Counted from the stretch's first letter, positions 36,176 through 44,208 are shown. The stretch: 64,000 nt of DNA from Candidatus Woesearchaeota archaeon (GCA_016180135.1 JACPBV010000009.1:19248-83247), one strand, 5' to 3'. Program-made: numbers and translations. Notes: generated by a model not told the origin, from the sequence alone.

Positions 36176-36880
36176 TTATCCTAAACAGTATCCTCCTCCA
36201 GTGCTGTGCCGCTCTTTGCATAGCTGCCCTCCCCCCCTCTCGAAATAAAAAGAGCTGACCCTTATCCGGTGTATTTTCCGTCGGTGGAAGCTCAGGGAAG
36301 CCTTTAAGGGAAAATTAAAATCCTTAACTTCTATTGCCGAAAATCCATGCCGGGATCCAAAGCCTGTGATGAACTCTTTTGTTGAGCTTTTATGGAAACT
36401 ATAAACTGAATCCCCCAGAGAAAACGCCTTTTCAAGGAACTCTTTGTCTGCATGCTCACTTTTTGTCCCAAAAGGCGGGTTCATGACAACTGTATCAACA
36501 CAATGCACGAATCTGCTGATATCCCCAGCCAGAAAATGGGTTTGGGATGCGCTTTTGCACTCACTTTTAATCTGGGGGGCGTTTTCCCTTGCAACCTCAA
36601 GTGACTCAGGATCGGCATCTACAAAATACACTTCACGTGCCTCTAAGAGGATGCACCCTATCCCTAATATCCCGCTCCCGCACCCGAGATCCGCTATGGT
36701 TTTCCCTTTTATATGCCCCCTCAAATAAGCATCCCAAAGGACTGTGGCAGCTATCTCAGGATCAGTAATATACTGCTCAAGTCTCACTTTTGGCTCATTT
36801 ACCCACCCTATCATCGAAAGAGCTTTAGCTAAACCCCCCTTGCTAAGCTTAATTGGTGTTTTTAATTGCGCCATAAACAC
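36176..36880 (-). CDS. Class I SAM-dependent N6-adenine-type methyltransferase (COG2263/METTL5-like)
   Basis: IADLGCGSGILGIGC (motif I), VYFVDAD, and VVMNPPFG (NPPF motif IV). The last ~35 codons look like a non-conserved extension. Confidence 0.75.
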   Translation of the reverse strand: MFMAQLKTPIKLSKGGLAKALSMIGWVNEPKVRLEQYITDPEIAATVLWDAYLRGHIKGKTIADLGCGSGILGIGCILLEAREVYFVDADPESLEVARENAPQIKSECKSASQTHFLAGDISRFVHCVDTVVMNPPFGTKSEHADKEFLEKAFSLGDSVYSFHKSSTKEFITGFGSRHGFSAIEVKDFNFPLKASLSFHRRKIHRIRVSSFYFERGGGQLCKERHSTGGGYCLG

Positions 36881-37608
36881 TTTCTTTCTCCGTTATTCAA
36901 CCCTAGGCTGAAAAGCATTACGATTCAATCACAAATAAGTTTATATAATCCGAACAGCCACTTATTTGTACCATTTTCTTTCTCTAAGGCATGTCTTGAA
37001 GACAAAACAATAAGAATTAACTCTCACTTTTTATACTTTTCCCATCCTATTATGGTTCCTCAAACCAATATAATTTATGGCCTAAGTCATTCAACTCAAA
37101 CTAATATCTATAAACCCTTATCCCCCCTCATCAATTTGGACCTTATCAAAAGCCGCATCTTTACGCCAATTAATGGTTCTATCTAACCAAAAGTCATAAT
37201 AACCAACAATGATTTTCTATAAAACTAGGCGCAATAGAGCGGATAATTTAACAATTTATTAATATGCAAGGCACAATAATACGCCTATACAACCTCCTTT
37301 CAACTCTTTTTCCATATTTAACTGTTACTCTTTAACTCACACTTTCACCAAAAAAATATTTCCAAAAAAGGCTCTAAAAACCTTAAAAAATATTACAAAA
37401 AAATTCTCCAGGATCATGCAAATCTTAATCTCTTTGAACCTCATTTTTTTGCCAACTCCGCTAAATTTTTCTTTCAAAAAATCATACAAAAAACCACCGC
37501 CCGGGCCGCCTTTGTTAACCCAAACCACCTCAGAAATCCAACAAAAAAGGACAATTTTTTTATGACTCTTCTGCTGCCCCCACACTTTTAATCCCTCATA
37601 CCCTCCCC

Positions 37609-37751
37609 TCCCCCCCCATTCCCGCCCAAGTCCCAGCGCAGTCCCATTTGATTCCCAGGACAATCCCACATAAGTCCCAAAAATGTACACACTACCGTCG
37701 GAAAGATATTCCCAATTTAGTCCCATAATCTTCCCAAAATATTCCCAGGAA
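37609..37751. repeat. 11-bp-phased array of A[GT]TCCCA (9 perfect TCCCA cores plus 2 degenerate)
   Basis: TCCCA starts at 37631, 37642, 37653, 37664 and 37675, then at 37710, 37721, 37732 and 37743. Degenerate TCCCC/TCCCG copies at 37609 and 37620 are in phase. The array ends 14 nt before a TATA box. Confidence 0.9.
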
Positions 37752-37760
37752 AGGACAAGA

Positions 37761-37768
37761 TTTAAATA
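37761..37768 (+). promoter_or_regulatory. TATA-box candidate (leaderless spacing) for the 289-aa coiled-coil/wHTH gene
   Basis: TTTAAATA is centred ~27 nt upstream of ATG 37792. Confidence 0.45.
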
Positions 37769-37791
37769 GTTCCGGTTCTCATACCCAAAAA

Positions 37792-38661
37792 ATGCCGCCA
37801 TTCAGGAGCTCAAAAAAAGTAGAACGGGCAATCCTGCACATCGAACAGCTTCACCATCTCCTGGGAAACTCATTCCAGAATGTTCATAAGGACATCCAGC
37901 TCATCTTCGCCAGGATGGAAAATCTTGAGCAGAAGCATGCCTCGGGAAAAGCCCATTCAGAGAAAGTATTGCGCCATCACAACTCTCTTTTTGCAACGGT
38001 TCAGGAGCTCAGGAAATTAGCCCTTTCACAGCACCACCATCTCAAGAATCTTTATCAGAAAATTGCCTCGCAGAGCCTTGAGATTGCCGGAATGAAAACA
38101 GATATAGAATCATCGAGATTATCTAAGGAAAAAGTCAGGGAGATCATCGATGAGGTCCTCGGGTTAGACAGCCTCAATCAATCCATACAGGCAACTCAGG
38201 AGGAGATAGCCGAGCTGAGGAAGCATCACTCCGAGCTCTTGAGGAGCCATCTAGAATTGGCTCAGAAGCATCACGAATTTGCCGCCGTCCAGGCCCAGGC
38301 TTTGCCCCAGCAGCAGCCCCGGCTTGAGATGAAAGAACTCACTGAAAAACTTGGCAGGCTGGTGGAAAGGCGCTCTCTTGCCCACGAAAAGATCCTTAAG
38401 AAGATCGCTAAAAACACAAAGGCTTATGTCCATACTATTGCCTTAAGCCTCATCAAAAAATACGGCCAGCGCACTGCCTCCCAGCTGAAAGAGATGATAG
38501 TGGACGAGCAGGGCCTTTGCTCGAAATCTTCCTTCTACCGCCTTCTGGAGGAGATTGAGCAGGACCCCGACATCGCCGTCATCAGGGAAGGGCGCGAAAA
38601 GAAGTATCTTGCGAAGCTCCCTGTTGCTCAAAAAGTGAGAGAAAAACCGAGGAAAAAGTAG
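37792..38661 (+). CDS. Coiled-coil protein with C-terminal winged-helix DNA-binding domain (289 aa)
   Basis: Heptad-rich, His/Gln-rich N-terminal 190 aa. C-terminus: IALSLIKKYGQRTASQLKEMIVDEQGLCSKSSFYRLLEEIEQDPDIAVIREGREKKY (wHTH-like). Confidence 0.65.
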   Translation: MPPFRSSKKVERAILHIEQLHHLLGNSFQNVHKDIQLIFARMENLEQKHASGKAHSEKVLRHHNSLFATVQELRKLALSQHHHLKNLYQKIASQSLEIAGMKTDIESSRLSKEKVREIIDEVLGLDSLNQSIQATQEEIAELRKHHSELLRSHLELAQKHHEFAAVQAQALPQQQPRLEMKELTEKLGRLVERRSLAHEKILKKIAKNTKAYVHTIALSLIKKYGQRTASQLKEMIVDEQGLCSKSSFYRLLEEIEQDPDIAVIREGREKKYLAKLPVAQKVREKPRKK

Positions 38662-38675
38662 CCATCAAACGCTCC

Positions 38676-38825
38676 TGCATACTCAATGGTAAACTGACAA
38701 CATTGAGGGGGGTGAGGTTGAGCTCTTCTGTCCAAATCTCGTGCATACTCAAAGGTAAACTGACAACCGAAGTCAGAACCCTAACTGGAATCAGAACCAT
38801 AACCGAATTCAGAACCCTCGCAGCC
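38676..38825. repeat. Composite direct repeats: 26-bp x2 (66-bp period), then 18-bp x3
   Basis: TGCATACTCAA[T/A]GGTAAACTGACAAC occurs at 38676-38701 and 38742-38767. TCAGAACC cores lie at 38773, 38791 and 38809. Confidence 0.85.
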
Positions 38826-38991
38826 AATCAGGCCACACGCTCCTCCTTACTCACCTGAAAACTCGGCATAGATTGTTGCCATACTGAAAAATATTCTCCA
38901 ACCTATATACTCCACAATAACAATCTATTTAAACCCCTCCGAGCAGAAAAAGCCTCCCGCGTCACAGCGGAAAAAATTTGGGGGTGTGCAT

Positions 38992-39534
38992 ATGTTAAGT
39001 GATGAAAGGAAAGCTAGGCTCTACTATGAGCTGTTTACAGACGATAACCGGAAGCTGCAGGATGCATTCTGCCAGGTCCGCGATGAATTCGAAGAGCATT
39101 TGACGGCAATCAACGAAAATACTGCCGAAGTGCAGGCAGCCAACGAATTCTTGATCAACGTTGAGCAGAAGATGGCCAAGATTGAGGATAGGCTCGACAA
39201 GCTCTGCCTTTTCTTTGAAAAAGCCGGTCTCCCTATCGAGCAGGAGCAGGAATTCCAGCCGATTAAGCTAACCAAGCGTGAACAGGAAGTTTTTTTGGTC
39301 CTCTACACTCAGGAAGACATTAAAGGCTCTTTGACGTACCTTGACATCGCCCACTGTACAGGCCTGCCTGAAGACCTTGTTGCGTCCTACCTTTCAAGCA
39401 TGATGGGCAAAGGTGTCCCGATAAGGAAAAACTACGTCCATAATCAGGCCCATTTCAGCTTAAATCCAAAGTTTAAGACTGTCCAGGCGAAGGAAAACCT
39501 CCTTCAGATAGAGCAGAAGATGCTGGTGTATTGA
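38992..39534 (+). CDS. Coiled-coil protein with C-terminal winged-helix/HTH domain (180 aa from ATG 38992)
   Basis: The N-terminal helical region has a LINVEQKMAKIEDRLDKL heptad pattern. C-terminus: LTKREQEVFLVLYTQEDIKGSLTYLDIAHCTGLPEDLVASYLSSMMGKGVPI. GGGGGTG lies upstream of the ATG. Confidence 0.65.
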   Translation: MLSDERKARLYYELFTDDNRKLQDAFCQVRDEFEEHLTAINENTAEVQAANEFLINVEQKMAKIEDRLDKLCLFFEKAGLPIEQEQEFQPIKLTKREQEVFLVLYTQEDIKGSLTYLDIAHCTGLPEDLVASYLSSMMGKGVPIRKNYVHNQAHFSLNPKFKTVQAKENLLQIEQKMLVY

Positions 39535-39539
39535 CACCA

Positions 39540-39585
39540 TTTTTTTTAATTTTTTGTCTTCTTCTCAATTTTTTCTATCGCCTGT
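39540..39585 (+). terminator. Oligo-T terminator candidate
   Basis: T8 at 39540-39547, T6 at 39550-39555 and further T-runs lie directly after the stop at 39534. Confidence 0.45.
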
Positions 39586-39930
39586 CATTTTTTCTTATCC
39601 TTCTTTTATCCGGAAAACTCTCCCCAATTCTCCTTTTTTGGAAGCATGATTTTTCAGAAAAAAACAGATTAAAACTTTCGGCAAAAACTTAAAATATCTA
39701 ATATTGACAAATGCCTACAACTTATAACAAAAAACTAAAACATTTAATCAACAGAATTCACAGGTTTTCAGTCCAATCTCTGCCCCAAAAATGCATTTGA
39801 TCTTCCAAGAATTCTTTATCTAACAATCCACGAGTAAAAATGTCGTCTAATGCAAATTGTACGACCTTTTCGAAAAATTTAAATAAGAAATGGCAAAAAT
39901 GCATAAATCAGATTAAAATCAGGTAACCTC

Positions 39931-40037
39931 AAGCCAATAATTGGAATTAAGCCAATGATGGGGTTTAAGCCCAGATGAGAATTAATCCAATGATGAGAAT
40001 CAAGCCAATGATGAGAATTAATCAAAAGATAAGATTA
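39931..40037. repeat. 18-bp tandem repeat x6 (AAGCCAATGATGAGAATT-like)
   Basis: Units start at 39931, 39949, 39967, 39984, 40002 and 40020. The array ends 12 nt before the GTG start of the recombinase. An in-frame TAG at 40047-40049 excludes an N-terminal extension of that gene. Confidence 0.85.
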
Positions 40038-40049
40038 ACCTTCGATTAG

Positions 40050-40937
40050 GTGATTAAAATCCAAAAAGATCTTTTCCAGGAGTTTGAAACTGAACTGAGG
40101 ATTAGGGCATACAGTCCAAGGACAATCGAGAGCTATCTCTATGAGACAAAGCGTTTTTTTGATTTCCTCAGCCTTGGAAAGGCGGCATCGGAGTTCCAGA
40201 GCTCTTTGCTCGACGAAGCCTCAAGGCCGGTTCAAAGCATATCCCAAAAGGACCTGAAATCCTACCTCGCAAAACTGATGGCTGAAAAAAAGCTCAAACC
40301 AGCTTCAATTCACCTTATCCTTTCGGCTTTAAAGTTTTTTTTCAGGGAGATAGCAAAAAGAGACATCTTTGAAGGCATAAAAATGCCGAAAAAGCAGCGA
40401 AAACTGCCTGAAATCTTATCGAAAGAAGAAATCGTTTTACTGATGGAAAAAATAAAAAATAAAAAGCACCGCATCCTTATTGACCTTCTTTATGGCTCCG
40501 GATTGAGAGTTTCTGAAGCAGTAAGCCTTAAAATCTCTGATATTGACCAAAATCAAAAGATAAACATTCTCAAAGGCGGCAAGGGCGGCAAGGACCGCAG
40601 GATTATCCTCTCAGCCAAGCTAAGGAAGTCTATTGATTCATACGTGAAAAGGAGAAAAGACAGGAATCCCTACCTTTTTCACTCCAGAACCACCCATCTA
40701 ACCTCAAGGCAAGCGCAAAGGATCGTGAAAAAAGCAGCTGAGAGGGCAGGTATAAAAAGAAGAGTCCACTGCCACATGTTAAGGGCAAGTTTTGCCACTC
40801 ATCTGCTCAATGCAGGCGTCGATATCCGCAAAATCCAGGTCCTGTTAGGCCACGAAAAAATCTCAACGACGGAAATCTACACAAAAGTTTCAACTGAAGG
40901 GCTGGAAAACATAACCTCGCCGATGGATAAGCTCTAA
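40050..40937 (+). CDS. xerA: Tyrosine recombinase, XerA/XerC/D-like (295 aa, GTG start)
   Basis: N-terminal SAM-like core-binding domain (RIRAYSPRTIESYLYETKRFFDFL). Catalytic residues: GSGLRVSEAVSL (Arg), HMLRASFATHL (H-x-x-R), LLGHEKISTTEIYTKV (His, Tyr). Confidence 0.85.
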   Translation: MIKIQKDLFQEFETELRIRAYSPRTIESYLYETKRFFDFLSLGKAASEFQSSLLDEASRPVQSISQKDLKSYLAKLMAEKKLKPASIHLILSALKFFFREIAKRDIFEGIKMPKKQRKLPEILSKEEIVLLMEKIKNKKHRILIDLLYGSGLRVSEAVSLKISDIDQNQKINILKGGKGGKDRRIILSAKLRKSIDSYVKRRKDRNPYLFHSRTTHLTSRQAQRIVKKAAERAGIKRRVHCHMLRASFATHLLNAGVDIRKIQVLLGHEKISTTEIYTKVSTEGLENITSPMDKL

Positions 40938-41169
40938 GATAATATTTTGTTTTAACCGCATTTTAACCGCATTAGAACCATTTTCAGATAGGCAAAAAAC
41001 TTTTATCATGAAAATCTATTTAATCTTTTTTTGCTGCATCCTTGAACCTCTAATTGAGAAATTTGATTTGAAAAAGATTTTATTAACCACTTGCCAATAT
41101 TGCTCTGCCCACTCTTTTCAGCACTAAGAAAGTCAAAAAATATTATTTAAATATTTCTGAAAAGAAAGA

Positions 41170-41367
41170 TTATCTGACAGTCAAGATTCTCATCATCGCT
41201 TCTTCCATCCGCTCAATCCTTGCTTCCAGCCGTTCTATCTTTTTTTCAATTTCTTTATCTCTGCCGTCGAGAGAAATAATCCAGCCATGGACATTGTTCT
41301 TCAGCTCCTGAAGCTCACGTTTCGCTTTTTTGAACGAGTTAACAACATTCCATTTGAAATTAATCAT
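41170..41367 (-). CDS. Small coiled-coil protein (65 aa)
   Basis: KEIEKKIERLEARIERMEEAMMRI heptads. An isolated ORF with AT-rich flanks. Confidence 0.4.
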   Translation of the reverse strand: MINFKWNVVNSFKKAKRELQELKNNVHGWIISLDGRDKEIEKKIERLEARIERMEEAMMRILTVR

Positions 41368-42062
41368 AGATAGTCACTATAAAGTAGAATTAAATCTGTT
41401 TTAAAAACATTTGCATTTTGAAACTGAGTTTTTTAAAAGTATATCCTACAATCTATATACCCCAAAATACATAACATAAACTATATACCCAAGAACTAAT
41501 TTCTACCAAAAATAATCCATTCAATATTGAAAAAAAAAGATTAGCTCATACGGCAATTGAGAAAAAAGTGAGAGTTAAAACCTCGAGTTATGAAACACCT
41601 TCTTTAATCCACCACAAATGCCAAAACAAAAGCCGGAAGTCACCAAAAAAGTCAGCATAAAACCAAAGATTCGCCAAAGCTTTAGAGAATCTTCTGTTAG
41701 GCACCATTGATGTTAAAACGTAATTCCAGGTTATAACGCTTATAACCTCAAATATTTGGCTGATTAAACTTTTGGGAATCTTTTGAAAAAAGAAATAAAC
41801 CCTAATTTCAATAAAAACCTGTTTCTTGGGAAGATCTTACTGCCCAACTCAAGCCTAAATGCCAGATGCTGAACTTGGCCGCCTTTTTCACAAACAATGG
41901 CTAGAATAACCTTAATATCCGATATGCATTTAAGCTACAATTACTGGATAATTTTGGAAAGTGAGGGATGATAAAGGCCAGGAGATAAATAGAATAATCT
42001 AAACCCCCTCAAACAGGAGAAAATCTTCATTTAGGGAAGAAATCCCATTATCTTTGCAACCA

Positions 42063-43571
42063 TTATTTTTTAGCCTTTTTCTTGATATCAATCAAAACAT
42101 TTTTTGCAAAATCTCGTAACCTATCTTTCTTTTTTGATAGTTTAGTTCCTTTTTTTTCAAGGGAAAGGAGTTTTTCATGAATTTCCTTAACATGTTTAAG
42201 ATTATCCCCTCTAAACCGAAACCAGCCAGTTTTTGGAAATAATTGTTCCAACCGCCTATTCATCTTATCCACATCACTTGAGATATAGGCATAGGGGAGA
42301 TTAAAATTGGCTTTTGATAGGCTTTCAAGGTTTGTTTTGATTCCTTCAAGAAGCTGGGCCTGTTGAACCAACTTTATTTGCTCTCTATTCTCCCCCTCCG
42401 ACGCCTCTTGTTCTGATTTTGCTTCCTGTTCTAAGAGCTTTTTGGTTTTCTCGTCAAGAATTTCTTCCTTTTTCTCTTCGTTAATAATTGTCTTTGTATC
42501 AGAAGGGCTAAAGCTTTGATCATACAACGAGGCAACCTCTCCTTCTGCTGCAAAAACCTCTTTTGCTTTTTGTTCACTAACTGCCTCAGCTTTGAAGATG
42601 TTTGGAAGGGTTGCATAAGTTGCAGATTCTAACGCCTTTCTCTGCTCATTCAGGCTGGACATTTCCTTAATCTTTCTCTCCATATTGGGAATAAGTCCAT
42701 CAACCACTTTCCTTTCCAAAGATTCAATCCATTCCTTGTTAACTCTTAAGCGATAAAGAAGGTCTTTTTTTGCAGGATTATCTTGGTATTCCTTTAGCTG
42801 TTTTTCAAAAGAAGCTTTTAATTCTCTTAACTTAATCAAATCTTTCTCAAGATCAGATTTCATTTGTCCAAGGAGTTTTTCATCTTCGTAAGACAAGTTA
42901 TCAATCTCCGTTTGTTTTAAAAGTGTTGCTTCCCCATATCGTTGCAAGCTTTTACTATAAGCTTCAATCTTTTCTTCATCCTCCATCTCAGTTTCAACTT
43001 CTCCCTCAACATCTTTTAAGTTAGCTCTCCCTTCCCTCCACGACTTAATCTTGTTCAGTATCGGGCTCTTCTCCCAATCCACCATCCTGCTCCCAAATGC
43101 TTTGGCGCCATACGTCCCGCCCCATGCCGCAGAAGCCCCTGCGCCGGCCTTCCCCCACCCCCACTTCAAGGGCCTTCCTGCCTGGCCTAAACCCCACTTC
43201 CCCAACCTTCCACCCTGGTTCCAAATCCATCCCCTCGGCCTCGAGGTTAATCCCCATCCTAATCTTCCCAGCCCTTTTACACCTTTTCCAACTGCCATAG
43301 TTCCGCCGATTCCCATCCCAATCCCCAGCCCGGCAGCTCCCACGCCGAGTTTTGCCAGCGTTCCTCCTCCCAAAGCCCGATACTCGTCCCTTGAATTTAT
43401 CCCCGGATGCCCGCTCTCATGCTTCGAAAAAAAATAACTAAAGATAAATATCATCGTTAATCCAAATCCGATGCTTGTCAGAATTCCCGTCGTCTCAGAA
43501 GCAAAAAACGCCGCAGACACCGCAGGCAGGCTCAGAAGAAAAGCCAATAGGACAACAATCCTCTTTCCCAT
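42063..43571 (-). CDS. Signal/TM-anchored protein with Gly/Trp/Arg-rich repeat region and long coiled coil (502 aa)
   Basis: MGKRIVVLLAFLLSLPAVSAAFFA plus a second hydrophobic helix. Then GLGRLGWGLTSRPRGWIWNQGGRLGKWGLGQAGRPLKWGWGKAG, followed by ~300 aa of Glu/Lys-rich helix. Confidence 0.65.
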   Translation of the reverse strand: MGKRIVVLLAFLLSLPAVSAAFFASETTGILTSIGFGLTMIFIFSYFFSKHESGHPGINSRDEYRALGGGTLAKLGVGAAGLGIGMGIGGTMAVGKGVKGLGRLGWGLTSRPRGWIWNQGGRLGKWGLGQAGRPLKWGWGKAGAGASAAWGGTYGAKAFGSRMVDWEKSPILNKIKSWREGRANLKDVEGEVETEMEDEEKIEAYSKSLQRYGEATLLKQTEIDNLSYEDEKLLGQMKSDLEKDLIKLRELKASFEKQLKEYQDNPAKKDLLYRLRVNKEWIESLERKVVDGLIPNMERKIKEMSSLNEQRKALESATYATLPNIFKAEAVSEQKAKEVFAAEGEVASLYDQSFSPSDTKTIINEEKKEEILDEKTKKLLEQEAKSEQEASEGENREQIKLVQQAQLLEGIKTNLESLSKANFNLPYAYISSDVDKMNRRLEQLFPKTGWFRFRGDNLKHVKEIHEKLLSLEKKGTKLSKKKDRLRDFAKNVLIDIKKKAKK

Positions 43572-43722
43572 CCTTCCACCAATAAGAAAGACCTATTTAA
43601 TGGTTGCTCTTTTGCGCCCTTATCGTCAATTCAAGAAGCCGTTTAACTCTTATGAAAAATTTGTCAGTCAAGATTCCGTTAACTATTTAAACTTTGAAAG
43701 ATTTAATCCAGAAGATTTGAAG

Positions 43723-43860
43723 ATGCAGGAGACCATAACAATACTAAAGGAAGAATACGACCGCCTCAAGAAGCTGGAGATGGTGGAGTGGGATCTCGTG
43801 CATAGCTTTAAAAATAGCCTTGACGACCTGAAATCAGGAAGGGTAAAACGAGTCAGGTAA
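43723..43860 (+). CDS. Possible small antitoxin-like ORF (45 aa)
   Basis: MQETITILKEEYDRLKKLEMVEWDLVHSFKNSLDDLKSGRVKRV. The ...SLxDLKxGRV ending resembles small archaeal antitoxin C-termini. The rest of track ORF 43471..43860 is antisense to the 502-aa gene. Confidence 0.3.
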   Translation: MQETITILKEEYDRLKKLEMVEWDLVHSFKNSLDDLKSGRVKRVR

Positions 43861-44170
43861 ATTTTATAAGCTCCCCGATTAGCCTTTTAAACTCTGGAAG
43901 GTACACCTTAATTTCTTCAATGGTTGCCTGTTGGGTCTTTTTGTCGCTGATGGAAACCATAAGGGCGGCGCGGTATTCTTCATAAACAAGAAAATAAACC
44001 CTTTTTCCGGAAATTCTTTTTTCCCTGATGAATGGGTATCCTAATGGGTCTCCTGTTATCCCTTTTTCTGCAATCTCCCCTTCAATGTTTTCAACTCTCA
44101 GCATTTCCTCCGGAGTCAGCAGCTTTCCCATCAATTTCTCAAACTCATCAGTCCTAAAAACTTTAAACAT
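43853..44170 (-). CDS. RelE/HigB-superfamily toxin candidate (Gp49/PF05973-like)
   Basis: FIREKRISGKRVYFLVYEEYRAALMVSISDKKTQQATIEEI fits the R-x-x-Y-f...l-x-x-f-x-KKTQK-x-P-x-x-EI pattern as I remember it. 105 aa. Confidence 0.55.
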   Translation of the reverse strand: MFKVFRTDEFEKLMGKLLTPEEMLRVENIEGEIAEKGITGDPLGYPFIREKRISGKRVYFLVYEEYRAALMVSISDKKTQQATIEEIKVYLPEFKRLIGELIKFT

Positions 44171-44208
44171 GGTTGCAGTCCCGTATCGATGGGTTGTTCT
44201 TCCCGAGC

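Noticed and set aside
37337-37801. 154-aa minus-strand ORF in the long spacer
   Set aside because: Its sequence (LSWEY..LNWEY..LSWES..) simply translates the 11-bp TGGGA repeat and A/T tracts. There is no start context and the composition is implausible.
35605-41706. Shared 15-mer TTCTGTTAGGCACCA at 35605-35619 and 41692-41706, considered as att-like direct repeats flanking the recombinase
   Set aside because: Several chance 15-mer matches are expected in 64 kb on two strands. The similarity does not extend further. The enclosed segment also contains rpoL and a housekeeping-type methyltransferase.
41618-41710. 30-aa highly basic ORF (MPKQKPEVTKKVSIKPKIRQSFRESSVRHH) in the 700-bp spacer
   Set aside because: It is too short, has no recognisable ribosome-binding or promoter context, and could easily arise by chance in A-rich sequence.
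41729-41747. Perfect hairpin GGTTATAA-CGC-TTATAACC
   Set aside because: It is an isolated 8-bp AT-rich stem without an adjacent gene end or T-run, so there is not enough context to call a terminator or an RNA element.
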